A stretch of 64,000 nucleotides of DNA from Bacilli bacterium (GTDB lineage: Bacteria > Bacillota_I > Bacilli_A > RFN20 > CAG-826): contig JAFSUM010000023.1 of assembly GCA_017445245.1 (NCBI GenBank), positions 6,115 to 70,114 on the forward strand. The letters are read 5' to 3'. The position numbers and the translations under genes were made by a program. Shown here piece by piece: positions 1-9,248 of this stretch. Each line of letters starts with the position of its first letter. Position 1 is the first letter of the stretch. The notes below the pieces were generated by a model that did no database searches, was not told where the DNA came from, and worked only from the letters and a program-made list of their open reading frames with translations.

Positions 1-8
1 CCATCGCC

Positions 9-194
9 ATGTTGGCCTTGACTGTCGGTGGATCGATTCTCGCTTTTGCCGGGCTATATTCAAAGATGCCTAGCCAAGCGGGAATTCTCTTGGTCGCCAT
101 TCCCTTAGGGGGCATCTCCATCTGCTCGTTATGCAATCGCCTTTTCCTTCGTTTATCCGCTAGACGCGGTCCTAAAAAGCCGCGATACGAATAG
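9..194 (+). CDS. C-terminal end of a membrane protein, probably 5'-truncated by the window edge
   Basis: The frame stays open back to base 3. Hydrophobic helices (LALTVGGSILAFAGL, ILLVAIPLGGISICSL) are followed by a basic tail and then hairpins with a T-run. Confidence 0.35.
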   Translation: MLALTVGGSILAFAGLYSKMPSQAGILLVAIPLGGISICSLCNRLFLRLSARRGPKKPRYE

Positions 195-233
195 GCAAAT
201 TGCCTATGGTTAATCGGGGGAATCCCCTTTTTT
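191..233 (+). terminator. Rho-independent terminator (two hairpins plus T-run)
   Basis: Palindrome ATAGGCA-AAT-TGCCTAT at 191-207, then GGGG-AAT-CCCC followed by TTTTTT at 217-233. Confidence 0.55.
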
Positions 234-256
234 CTTTTAATAAGAAAATTCCCGTC

Positions 257-285
257 TTGCGAAAGGCGGTTTCCCTCATTATAGT
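257..285 (+). promoter_or_regulatory. SigA-type promoter for mgtE
   Basis: TTGCGA at 257-262, a 17-nt spacer, then TATAGT at 280-285. The RBS AGGAGG lies at 295-300. Confidence 0.45.
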
Positions 286-307
286 TTGTCGCGAAAGGAG
301 GCCGATT

Positions 308-1768
308 ATGGACGAAGAAGAAAACACCCCGAAAGTAGCTTCGGTTACCTCAGAAAAGTTACTCGAATACATCAAGCGGAAAGACCGTAAAGCGATCCAG
401 ACCGTTTTCGATATCGTCCCGAACATCGATATCGCGGAAGCTAGCGATGACTTCGAACCGGCCGACCTCCTATTTATCTTCCGCTCGATCGACAGTGAAA
501 TCTCCGCCGACTTCTTCGACGAACTCTCCTCGGACACCAAGGAGAAACTGATTTCCGCCATGACCGACAAGCAGCTCGTCGAAATCATCAACGAGCAATA
601 TGCCGACGACGTCGCGGACACCATCAACGAATTGCCCGCCAATCTCGCTTCCCGCGTTTTACGCGCCGCGAGTAAGGACATGCGTAAGGACATCAACCAG
701 CTCCTCCAATACGAAGAAGGCACCGCCGGAGCCTTGATGACCACCGAGTACCTCGACTATATCGACACGGCCCTCGTAAAAGACGTCATCCAGGACATCC
801 GCAAAAAAGGTAAAGACGCCGAAACCGTCTATACCATCTTTGTCCGCAACAAGTATCGCCAGTTCGTCGGTACCGTCGGCCTCGACGATTTGATTTTCGC
901 CGAACCCGACCAAGCCCTAAGCGACATCATGGACCAAGACGTGGTCTCCTGCACCACTTCCACCGACCAAGAGGAAGTCGCCAATCTCTTCCGCCGTTAC
1001 GACCTTAACGCGATGGCCGTCCTCAACAAGGACTCCCGCCTCGTCGGTGTCATCACCGTCGACGACGCGGTCGACGTCATGGCCGAAGAAGCCAACGAAG
1101 ATATCGCCCACTTGACCAACATGTCCCGCGCGGACAAACCTTACCTCGAACTTTCCGCTTGGGAAAACGCACGTAACTGCTTCCCCTGGCTCATCGCCCT
1201 CCTAATCCTAGGAACCTTCACCACGATGGTTCTCGACCGCATCGAAAAGCAGCACGTCTTCACGATGTTACCGATGCTCATCGCCTTCGTCCCGACCCTT
1301 ATGGATACGGGCGGAAACGCGGGTGCCCAGACGACCGGTCTTATGATCCGCGGCCTCGCCGTCGATGCTTTCGGACCCAAAGACGTCTTGAAAGTCTTAT
1401 GGAAGGAAGTAAAGGCCGCCCTCATCATCGCGGGCATCGTCGCCGCCTTTGCCTTCCTTTGGGTTTTACTCGAACAATATATGGGTATCGTCTCCGTTTC
1501 CGGTTTCGAGAACATGAACATCTGGAACGGCCAGTGCTGGAGCCTCGATTTCTTTGGTCACACCCTTAAGAGCAGCGCCCTCATCGCCATCACGATGGGT
1601 ATCGCGATCCTCACCTCCAAGGCGATTGGCACCCTCCTTCCCTTGGGCGCGGCCGCGATCAAAAAAGACCCTGCCCTCCTATCTCAGCCGATGCTTACCA
1701 CCATCATGGACGTCACGGTACTTTGCATTTACCTCTTGATGGCCATGGCCTTCTTCCCCGGAATCTGA
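308..1768 (+). CDS. mgtE: Magnesium transporter MgtE
   Basis: ATG at 308 lies 7 nt after AGGAGG. MgtE N-domain, tandem CBS region (LVGVITVDDAVDVM) and the TM motif PMLIAFVPTLMDTGGNAGAQT are present. The track's 5' extension from 200 is probably not translated. Confidence 0.9.
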   Translation: MDEEENTPKVASVTSEKLLEYIKRKDRKAIQTVFDIVPNIDIAEASDDFEPADLLFIFRSIDSEISADFFDELSSDTKEKLISAMTDKQLVEIINEQYADDVADTINELPANLASRVLRAASKDMRKDINQLLQYEEGTAGALMTTEYLDYIDTALVKDVIQDIRKKGKDAETVYTIFVRNKYRQFVGTVGLDDLIFAEPDQALSDIMDQDVVSCTTSTDQEEVANLFRRYDLNAMAVLNKDSRLVGVITVDDAVDVMAEEANEDIAHLTNMSRADKPYLELSAWENARNCFPWLIALLILGTFTTMVLDRIEKQHVFTMLPMLIAFVPTLMDTGGNAGAQTTGLMIRGLAVDAFGPKDVLKVLWKEVKAALIIAGIVAAFAFLWVLLEQYMGIVSVSGFENMNIWNGQCWSLDFFGHTLKSSALIAITMGIAILTSKAIGTLLPLGAAAIKKDPALLSQPMLTTIMDVTVLCIYLLMAMAFFPGI

Positions 1769-1796
1769 TTTCAATTTAGTCATAAAGGAGAGACTT

Positions 1797-3923
1797 ATGA
1801 AAAAATCCGTCCTCGTCCTCGCCGCGGCAGCCCTCGCTTGTGCCGGCTGCGGTTTCACCGATGCCTCTAGCACCTGGGGGCAATCCTCCCAGTCCAGCAG
1901 GACCACTTCGCAATCCAACGGAACTTCCTCGCAGGGCGGAACCTCTTCCGCTTCTTCGCAAAAACCCACGGAATCCTCGCAAACGCCCGTTATTTCTTCG
2001 CAGCAAGATTCCGAGCAGGAATCGCAGGATCAATCCGCCGAGCCCGGGTCTGAACCCGCTTATGAATCCTCCGCGGAAGGCGAACCCTCCCAAGAATCCT
2101 CCGTGCCTTACGAAGAATCTTCGACCGCCCCTTCCGAACCCATCGTCTCAGACTGGACCGTCGAAGAGAAAGCAATCATCAAAGATATCCTTCGTGGCCT
2201 AGAATTGCCTTCCTTTGGCATCCATGACTACGAATTCGAGGCCGGAGAGGATTATTTCGAAGCCTATGGCATCGTTGACGAATATGATCTTGAAGGAATT
2301 GGTGCCACTCTCGAAGGCCTTGGCCTAGCGGTCGACCTCGATGAGGAATACGGCGAAATCGTCGCGACCGGTTTCTTTGAAGATTGGTCCTACGATTACA
2401 TCTATGTCGGTCTTGAAGAAGGCGAAGACGAAATCGTCATTGATATCTACGGCGCCTATTTCGAGTCCATGCCCGATTGGCCGTCCGAATACATCCTCGA
2501 AGACGCAGAATACACCGGTGTCACCGAAGAGATTCCCGCATTTGAAGGCGCGGAAGCCTATGTTTATTACCTCGGCAGCTACTATGGTCTCATCAACTAT
2601 TCTGCTATCGAATGCTATGGCGAAGGCATCAACGAACAAACTGCCCTCGATTATCTTGGAACCCTTGAAGGAGCCGGCTACACCTTCGACGAAGATTTCG
2701 GAGCTTACGTGAAGGGCGACACCTATGTCGGCATCGGTGTCACCGAGAATTGTCTTTCCATCATGGCCTTTGGCCTAAGCGGAGAGGAAGAATCCAGCGA
2801 AACTTCCAGCAGCGAGCATAACGTCGGCTGGAGCGAAGAGGAAGAAGCCTTCATCGCAAAGACCCTTCGTGGTATCGAACTCCCCTCTTTCGGCATCCAT
2901 GACTACGAATTCGAAGCGGGCGAAGATTACTTTGAGGCCATAGGTTACATCGATACCCTTGACGTCGAGGAGATGGCCGGCGCCCTCGAAGAACTCGGAT
3001 TCGCCGTAACAATCGACGAAACCTATGGAGACATCGAAGGCTATGCCTTTGGCGATGATTGGTCCTATGCCTATCTCTATATCAACTTCGAAGAAGCGGA
3101 CGAAGGATTCACCGTCGATATCTACGGCGCCTATTTCGAGTCCATGCCCGATTGGCCCTCCGCCAAGATCCTCGAAGATGCCGAATATACCGGCGTCAGC
3201 GAAGAAATCCCCGCCTACGAAGGCGCGGAAGCCTATGTTTATTACATCGGCAGCTACTTTGGTCTCATGTATTATTCCGCGGTCGAATGCTATGGCGATG
3301 ATATTACCGAGCAGACCGCCCTTGATTATGCTGGCATTCTCGAAGGGGCCGGTTTCATTTATGACGAAGAGTACTATTGCTACGTCAAAGGCACCACTTA
3401 CGTCGAAGTCTATGTCCAAGATAAATGCATGAGCGTCATGGCCTATGGCTATAGCGAAGAAGAGGAAGGCGAATGGGGCGACAAATGGGTCTTCCCCGAA
3501 GCAGGCGAAGGCATCTTCAGCTTCTTTGACGAATCTCTCCTCACCACCAAAGACGCCGCCGAATCCGTTTGGACTGCCGGAAACAGCACCTTTACCGTTT
3601 CCAAAGGCACTTCCACCGTTGATGTCGGTAACATCGGCTCGGGCAAGGAATTCTTCTCTAACCCCCTCCGTACCTACAAGAACCAAGTCATCACCATCCA
3701 AAGCGAGACCCCGATGTCTTATGTCGAGTTCTACGTGGTCGAGGACGAAAAATCGAGCGTCGAGAACTTGGGTTACACCGAGCCTAGCGTCGGCGAATGG
3801 TTTGTCGATGAGGAAGCCCAGACCGTCATCCTCACCTTCGAAGAACCGGTGACCGAAGTCTCCATCACCCTTACCGAAGGCCAGGTTCGCCTCTACTGCG
3901 CCGCCATCACCTTCGCGGAATAA
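1797..3923 (+). CDS. Highly acidic secreted lipoprotein with a Ser/Gln-rich linker and two tandem ~225-aa repeats
   Basis: Signal peptide MKKSVLVLAAAALACAGC with a lipobox-like Cys. A low-complexity S/Q/E linker is followed by a duplicated module and a C-terminal beta-rich domain. Confidence 0.75.
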   Translation: MKKSVLVLAAAALACAGCGFTDASSTWGQSSQSSRTTSQSNGTSSQGGTSSASSQKPTESSQTPVISSQQDSEQESQDQSAEPGSEPAYESSAEGEPSQESSVPYEESSTAPSEPIVSDWTVEEKAIIKDILRGLELPSFGIHDYEFEAGEDYFEAYGIVDEYDLEGIGATLEGLGLAVDLDEEYGEIVATGFFEDWSYDYIYVGLEEGEDEIVIDIYGAYFESMPDWPSEYILEDAEYTGVTEEIPAFEGAEAYVYYLGSYYGLINYSAIECYGEGINEQTALDYLGTLEGAGYTFDEDFGAYVKGDTYVGIGVTENCLSIMAFGLSGEEESSETSSSEHNVGWSEEEEAFIAKTLRGIELPSFGIHDYEFEAGEDYFEAIGYIDTLDVEEMAGALEELGFAVTIDETYGDIEGYAFGDDWSYAYLYINFEEADEGFTVDIYGAYFESMPDWPSAKILEDAEYTGVSEEIPAYEGAEAYVYYIGSYFGLMYYSAVECYGDDITEQTALDYAGILEGAGFIYDEEYYCYVKGTTYVEVYVQDKCMSVMAYGYSEEEEGEWGDKWVFPEAGEGIFSFFDESLLTTKDAAESVWTAGNSTFTVSKGTSTVDVGNIGSGKEFFSNPLRTYKNQVITIQSETPMSYVEFYVVEDEKSSVENLGYTEPSVGEWFVDEEAQTVILTFEEPVTEVSITLTEGQVRLYCAAITFAE
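2154..3503 (+). repeat. Intragenic tandem duplication, 2 x 675 bp
   Basis: The unit starting at the W codon 2154 recurs at 2829, exactly 225 codons later. It shares long near-identical stretches such as LPSFGIHDYEFEAGEDYFEA and DIYGAYFESMPDWPS. Confidence 0.85.
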
Positions 3924-3932
3924 TCCAAAACA

Positions 3933-3964
3933 AAGCCAAGTCTAAACCGCTTGGCTTCTTTTTA
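3933..3964 (+). terminator. Rho-independent terminator after the lipoprotein gene
   Basis: Stem AAGCCAAG (3933-3940) pairs with CTTGGCTT (3950-3957), followed by a T-rich run. Confidence 0.6.
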
Positions 3965-3993
3965 TTACACGCACGCGTTATTACACGCACGCG
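3962..3993. repeat. Perfect 16-bp tandem direct repeat x2 (TTATTACACGCACGCG)
   Basis: Read directly at 3962-3977 and 3978-3993, between the terminator and the tRNA promoter. Confidence 0.9.
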
Positions 3994-4010
3994 CGCATAT
4001 AAAAAAGTGG

Positions 4011-4039
4011 TTGCAAACTCTTTGGCACGTTCCTATAAT
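4011..4039 (+). promoter_or_regulatory. Near-consensus SigA promoter for tRNA-Leu
   Basis: TTGCAA at 4011-4016, a 17-nt spacer, then TATAAT at 4034-4039, about 10 nt before the tRNA 5' end. Confidence 0.65.
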
Positions 4040-4048
4040 CTTCTCGCT

Positions 4049-4133
<85 letters not shown>

Positions 4134-4144
4134 CTAGATGAATC

Positions 4145-4167
4145 GGAGTCCGAGAGGACTCCTTTTT
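4145..4167 (+). terminator. Rho-independent terminator after the tRNA
   Basis: GGAGTCC-GAGA-GGACTCC followed by TTTTT. Confidence 0.7.
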
Positions 4168-4232
4168 CGTTCTTTTTATGTCATTATATTCTCCTTCTAA
4201 TATAATTAGGCGATTCAGCAAAGGAGAACCCT

Positions 4233-6122
4233 ATGAGCAATATCCGAATCCAAGACGACCTCTACGAGTTCGTCAACCACGACTGGCTCGAACAAGCCGT
4301 CATTCCCGAAGACAAACCGACCGCCGGTGGGTTTGCCGATCTCGCCCTCGGCGTCGAAGAACTTCTTATCGGCGACCTCAACAAAATGTGCGAAGAAGGC
4401 AACTACCCCGATTCTTACCTCGAAAACGCCTGCAAGCTTTACAACGCTATCAAAGACGTCAAACGCCGCAAGAAGGATGGCATCCGTCCGGCCCTTAAGC
4501 GCCTCTCCAAAATCGAGAAGCTCAAGACCATTGCCGTCTTTAACCGCCGCCTTCCCGAACTTCTTCTCGAAGGCTATCCTCTTCCCTTCCGCCTCTCCGT
4601 CGAAACCGATATGAAGGATACCGACAAGCACTGCATCCTCATCACCGGCCCCTCCACCATCCTTCCCGATGTCACCTACTATAAAAACGAGCAGCAAAAA
4701 GCCGCGATGATCGGCCTTTGGTCCCAGATGGCCGCGGCGCTACTATCCAAAACCAAGCTCACCCCCGAACAGCAGGCCCTTTATCTAGCCGACTGCCTCA
4801 AGTTCGACGAACTCCTTGCGGGCCTTGTCAAATCGAGTCAGGAATGGTCCGAATACGCGAAGATGTACAACCCGATGAAGATCGGTCGTGTCAACGCTAT
4901 GGTCAAACCCGTCAAACTCAAGAAACTCTGCGAGACGTTACTAGGCGAAATCCCCGAGACCATCATCGTCGCCGAACCCCGTTACTTCAAAGGATTCAAA
5001 GACGTCTTCAACCTCGAGACCTTCGAACTCTATAAGCACTGGGCCTATGTCACCGAGCTCATCGATAATTCCCATTACCTTTCCGAAGAACTCCGCGAAC
5101 TCGGCGGCACCTATGGCCGCGCTTTGATGGGCATCGCCGCGATGGCTTCGCCCGAGAAGTTTGCCTATAACGCCGTGTCCGGTTTGTTCTCCGAGCCGAT
5201 CGGCCTCTATTATGGCCGTACGTATTTCGGCGAAGAGGCGAAGAAGGACATCACCTCCATGGCCAAAGATATCATCGGCCAATACAAAGTCCGCCTCCAA
5301 GGCAACGCCATCCTTTCCCCGGAGACCAAAGAAAAAGCCGTCATCAAGCTTTCCGCGATCCAAGTCAAGATGGGCTACCCCGACAAGGTCCAAGCCATCT
5401 ACGACAAGTTCATCGTCGACGATACCCTCCCCGTTCTCGACATCGTCTATGGGCTACGCAAAATCCGTACTCTCGATGCGATCGCCGAATACAAGGAACC
5501 CGTCGACCATAGCCGCTGGGCGATGCCGGGCCACATGGTAAACGCCTGCTATGACCCCTTCACCAACGACATCACCTTCCCGGCCGCGATCCTCCAGGCC
5601 CCCTTCTATTCGATCAAACAAAGCCGCAGTCAGAACCTCGGTGGCATCGGCGCCGTCATCGGCCACGAAATCAGCCACGCCTTTGACAATAACGGCGCTC
5701 TCTTTGACGAACACGGCAACCTCAAGGATTGGTGGACCAAGGAAGACTTCAAGCGCTTCAAGGCCTCGACGAAAGCCATGATCAAGGAATTCGAAGGTAT
5801 CGAACTCCCCTGGGGCAAAGTCAACAGCGAACTCATCGTCTCCGAGAACATCGCTGATAACGGCGGCATGGCCGTCACCATCGACCTCGTCGAAAAGGCC
5901 CATGGCAACTTCGAAGAGTACTTCATCAATTGGGCCAAGGTCTGGTGCCAGAAGGCCAAACCCGAATACCGTGCTCTTCTCCTTTCCGTCGACGTCCACG
6001 CCCCGACCGTGCTACGCGCGAACATGCAACCGCGTAACTTCCCGCAGTGGTACGAGACCTTCGGCGTCACCAAAAAAGATCAGATGTACCTCGCTCCCAA
6101 TAAGCGCGTCATCATCTGGTAA
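4233..6122 (+). CDS. pepO: M13 family zinc metallopeptidase (PepO / neprilysin-like endopeptidase)
   Basis: Carries HEISHAF (HExxH) and ENIADNGG (ExxxD) motifs. RBS AAGGAG lies upstream, and the ~630-aa length is typical. Confidence 0.9.
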   Translation: MSNIRIQDDLYEFVNHDWLEQAVIPEDKPTAGGFADLALGVEELLIGDLNKMCEEGNYPDSYLENACKLYNAIKDVKRRKKDGIRPALKRLSKIEKLKTIAVFNRRLPELLLEGYPLPFRLSVETDMKDTDKHCILITGPSTILPDVTYYKNEQQKAAMIGLWSQMAAALLSKTKLTPEQQALYLADCLKFDELLAGLVKSSQEWSEYAKMYNPMKIGRVNAMVKPVKLKKLCETLLGEIPETIIVAEPRYFKGFKDVFNLETFELYKHWAYVTELIDNSHYLSEELRELGGTYGRALMGIAAMASPEKFAYNAVSGLFSEPIGLYYGRTYFGEEAKKDITSMAKDIIGQYKVRLQGNAILSPETKEKAVIKLSAIQVKMGYPDKVQAIYDKFIVDDTLPVLDIVYGLRKIRTLDAIAEYKEPVDHSRWAMPGHMVNACYDPFTNDITFPAAILQAPFYSIKQSRSQNLGGIGAVIGHEISHAFDNNGALFDEHGNLKDWWTKEDFKRFKASTKAMIKEFEGIELPWGKVNSELIVSENIADNGGMAVTIDLVEKAHGNFEEYFINWAKVWCQKAKPEYRALLLSVDVHAPTVLRANMQPRNFPQWYETFGVTKKDQMYLAPNKRVIIW

Positions 6123-6132
6123 TTCGACACAA

Positions 6133-6175
6133 AAACGACTTGGAATCCTTGCAGAAACCAAGTCGTTTTCTTTTT
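6133..6175. terminator. Bidirectional hairpin terminator between convergent pepO and the sensor-kinase gene
   Basis: An 11-bp stem, AAACGACTTGG (6133-6143) pairing with CCAAGTCGTTT (6158-6168). It is flanked by an A-run on one side and a T-run on the other. Confidence 0.65.
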
Positions 6176-7433
6176 AACCTTCCGTGATTATCGGGGTTCT
6201 ATTGAAAGGATTCCCTTCGCTTCGTTCTGGTGCGAAACGAATCTCGATCATCGTTCCGCCTTCGTTGGAATCGATGCTCATATGCCCGTTTTCAAGAAGA
6301 GAAACGCGCTTCATGACGTTGCTTAAACCGATGCCACGGCTATTGGAAGGAAGAGGCTGTCCTTCACCGTTATCCGAGACTTGGATCAAAGCGATGCCAT
6401 ACTCCTCGCGTTCGCGGATGCGGATGGTTCCATCTTCCTGATGGACGATGCCAGAATGCTGCAACGAGTTCTCGACTAGGGGCTCTAGTAGCATCGGCGG
6501 AACGGGCAACGAGCCATCTTCCACGTCCAAGGAAAGTTTGATGTTATAGCCGCTGTCGACGTTATGAAGGGCGATTAAGGATTGGATGATTTGAATCTCT
6601 TCCGATAATGGAATAAACGGCGTATCGATGGTCTTGTAGATGCGTTTTTCTAGTTCGCGCAATTCGCCTAAAAGCTCCGTTCCTTTTTCGTTCGATTCGT
6701 GATAAGCCACGCGAACATTATTCAGCGCGTTCAAAAGGAAGTGTGGTTGAATCTCTTCCTTCAACGCTTTCTCTTCGATGCGGGAGAGCACCATTTCCTT
6801 CTGGGCCAATTCGACATTGGTCTTTTTGACCTCCCACAAGGAATGGATGAGGCTATAGCCTAAACCAACCAGCAAGGAAACAATCGAGTAGACGTTGGCA
6901 AACGAGATACCGCCTTTCCCAGGCAAGAAGCCACAGGCCGCGTTAAAGAAGGCTAATCCGATGGAAAGATAGATGGAGAAGGTCCTCGAATCTTTCGAGA
7001 TGAAAGCAAACACGAAACCTGTTAAAGCCAAAATGGCGTAGGCGACAAAGCGTACCGATGGAATAAAGGCCATGACGAAGGCAATCAAGAAGATGACCAA
7101 TGACGTGATGGTTTTGGGTTTATTGTCGCCATTAAATAAGGCCAAAGCACCCATCAAAATCCATAACGGACCGATGGCTTGTTCACTCCAAAGGGTGGGG
7201 TCAAAGAATAGAAACAAAGCCAAAATGATACCGATAACGCCATGATAAGCGTTCTTTAGAGGCGGAATACCAAAGGACAGGGCGCTAGAAAGAAGGCAGG
7301 TAAGGGCCCCAAGACCAATCAGGAAATAGAAGACGGTCGAAGCCCATAAGCGCGGAACGAAATAGAGTAAGAGGAAACATGCCGCGATGGAGATTAGAAG
7401 CGGAATAAGACGAGTAAGACGGCGCTTCATCAT
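6174..7433 (-). CDS. Membrane sensor histidine kinase, LytS/YesM type (PF06580-like His_kinase plus HATPase_c)
   Basis: About 6 N-terminal TM helices, H-box IQPHFLLNALNNV, N-box PMLLEPLVENSLQHSG and G-box SDNGEG/GIGLSNV. Its start ATG overlaps the upstream stop as ATGA. Confidence 0.85.
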   Translation of the reverse strand: MMKRRLTRLIPLLISIAACFLLLYFVPRLWASTVFYFLIGLGALTCLLSSALSFGIPPLKNAYHGVIGIILALFLFFDPTLWSEQAIGPLWILMGALALFNGDNKPKTITSLVIFLIAFVMAFIPSVRFVAYAILALTGFVFAFISKDSRTFSIYLSIGLAFFNAACGFLPGKGGISFANVYSIVSLLVGLGYSLIHSLWEVKKTNVELAQKEMVLSRIEEKALKEEIQPHFLLNALNNVRVAYHESNEKGTELLGELRELEKRIYKTIDTPFIPLSEEIQIIQSLIALHNVDSGYNIKLSLDVEDGSLPVPPMLLEPLVENSLQHSGIVHQEDGTIRIREREEYGIALIQVSDNGEGQPLPSNSRGIGLSNVMKRVSLLENGHMSIDSNEGGTMIEIRFAPERSEGNPFNRTPIITEG

Positions 7434-9232
7434 TGTCTTTCCCTCCTTCGAATCTCAATTCTGCCCGGCGTATGTTTCACATAAAGCGAGACCAACGAAA
7501 TACGTTCTTGCAAGGCCCGCATGACCTTTGGATTCACTTTCATTCGCTTAGGGAAGGAGAGAAGCACGCTATTGCGGGTCTCCCCGAGAATCAGAATCTC
7601 GCCTTCTCTTAATTGTTTCGAGAGGTCTTCAATAAGCGTTTCGAAAAGAAGAGGCGGGACCTTTTTCTCACTTTCTTCGACGTCGAGAACCAAGGCACCA
7701 TAGCCGCCTTGGACAGCTTGCCGCAAATCGAAGAGCTGGCCTTCGAGTTCGCATTCTTCTTCGAAACGGATCGCGTCTTCGCGTAAGGCTAAAAGGCGTC
7801 TTCTTGTAATGCGAGAATATGTCAATAGACGCTTATCGCCAATGCGAAGAGACTTGCCATATCCATCCTCGATATAGTCTAGCGTAGCGACTGCGTCCGA
7901 GGCATTAGATGCCCGGGATAAAGCGCGGCTAGAAACCTGATGGTAACGGCGGGTAAGAATGGCTTCGTCTTTTTGCCTTAAGGAATCAAAATAGATTTCG
8001 TGGAAGGCAGAGGCTAACGCGACAAGACAAGTGATAAGAGATAAGGCCGCAGGATAAGCAGAATAGGAAACGAAAGTATGGTTTGATAAGGCAAAACTTA
8101 GATTCATGGCGATGCTGCCTAAGCTCGCATATAAGACCGAAGGCTTAGCTCCACCGCTTCCCCTAGCGAAGTGAACCAAGTGACGGAACAATAGGTAGAT
8201 CGGCACCGACCCAAGCACCGTAAAGCAATAGACCGCGGCATCCGAACCTAACGTCGCGAAGCAAGCAATCGTGGAGATGGCCAAAAGGAATAACGTAATG
8301 ATACGTTCCGGGAAAAAGAGGACCTTTTTGCGAGTTAATCGCTCATAAAGCAATACAGACAGGATCATGATGACAAAGGACAATATCAGCAGCATCGTGA
8401 AGACTTTGCCACCGTAAAATAGCCCTGCCCCGACAAAGGGAGAGTCAATAGAGAATACGAGGAAGAGAAGACTTCCACCCGCAAGCATACCAAGCGCAAC
8501 CATGACGACTCTCTTTAAGGAGAGCCAGACACCCAAGACGGTAAAGATCAAAACACCAATAATCACGCCTAACGAAATCAGGGCGAATGGTAACGTTGAA
8601 ATACCGGTAATAAGTGACTCTTCAAAATAGATCGTGCCAATCTTCTTTGCACCCCCATCGCCCGTATTCCCGACTTCCATAACATACTCAACGATGCCAG
8701 AGGCAGGCACGACATAAGGGTTCGCAACTTCATGGGATAAATCGACGAACGTGGATTGGAATGCCTTGCTTGGATAACCGATTTCGGAACATAGAGTTCC
8801 ATTAAGATATACGCGGTTGGGAATCTCGATAACAGGATAGACATGGATGGTCTCTCCAGGTGTCAATCCATGAATGAGATAACGGTAGCTTGCATAGCCT
8901 GTAGAAGCATAGCCTTCGCCTTTTCCCGTCCAGTAGCCTGGGGTAGGCAAATAAACCGTTTCTTCCGGCACTTCTAGAGCAGGTTCAGAGTAAAGCCACT
9001 GATTGTAGTAAAACTCGACATCGCCATGGATATACTTGGCAACTTTCCCTAGATTATGTTTGTTGCTCGCGTCCACCGCCCCGTGGTCCACTTGGACGAC
9101 CTGGTCCTGCGAGACGAGGTTCTGGACGATGTAGACGGTAAAAGGAACGAGGAAAACAGCCAAGGCCAATATAATGCCGAAAACACGCCGGTTTCGGCGT
9201 GTTTGGGTCTTTTTCGGGGTTTCTAAGGCCAA
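7430..9232 (-). CDS. 7TMR-DISM-type membrane receptor with a degenerate LytS-like kinase domain (pseudo-kinase)
   Basis: TTG start at 9232 lies 8 nt after AGGAGG. Signal anchor, extracellular 7TMR-DISMED2-like domain (YWTGKGEGYASTGYASYRY, RVYLNGTL) and 7 TM helices. The C-terminal VPPLLFETLIEDLSKQL resembles an N-box but lacks the Asn. I could not find an H-box. Confidence 0.65.
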   Translation of the reverse strand: MALETPKKTQTRRNRRVFGIILALAVFLVPFTVYIVQNLVSQDQVVQVDHGAVDASNKHNLGKVAKYIHGDVEFYYNQWLYSEPALEVPEETVYLPTPGYWTGKGEGYASTGYASYRYLIHGLTPGETIHVYPVIEIPNRVYLNGTLCSEIGYPSKAFQSTFVDLSHEVANPYVVPASGIVEYVMEVGNTGDGGAKKIGTIYFEESLITGISTLPFALISLGVIIGVLIFTVLGVWLSLKRVVMVALGMLAGGSLLFLVFSIDSPFVGAGLFYGGKVFTMLLILSFVIMILSVLLYERLTRKKVLFFPERIITLFLLAISTIACFATLGSDAAVYCFTVLGSVPIYLLFRHLVHFARGSGGAKPSVLYASLGSIAMNLSFALSNHTFVSYSAYPAALSLITCLVALASAFHEIYFDSLRQKDEAILTRRYHQVSSRALSRASNASDAVATLDYIEDGYGKSLRIGDKRLLTYSRITRRRLLALREDAIRFEEECELEGQLFDLRQAVQGGYGALVLDVEESEKKVPPLLFETLIEDLSKQLREGEILILGETRNSVLLSFPKRMKVNPKVMRALQERISLVSLYVKHTPGRIEIRRRERQ

Positions 9233-9248
9233 GGCGAAAGCCTCCTAA

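Noticed and set aside
195-307. Possible M-box (Mg2+) riboswitch upstream of mgtE
   Set aside because: The leader is only about 110 nt. Most of it is taken up by the upstream terminator and a promoter, which is too short for an M-box of roughly 160 nt. I could not find the conserved M-box helices.
172-744. 190-aa ORF antisense to mgtE. Similar long antisense or shadow ORFs occur at 2775-3701, 4215-4697, 9444-10604, 12734-13321, 13739-14257, 23898-24197, 35551-36000 and 44453-45007.
   Set aside because: They lie opposite genes with strong family signatures and have low-complexity or Arg/Gly/Val-rich composition. They have no RBS. They are explained by stop-codon depletion on the antisense of GA/GC-rich codons.
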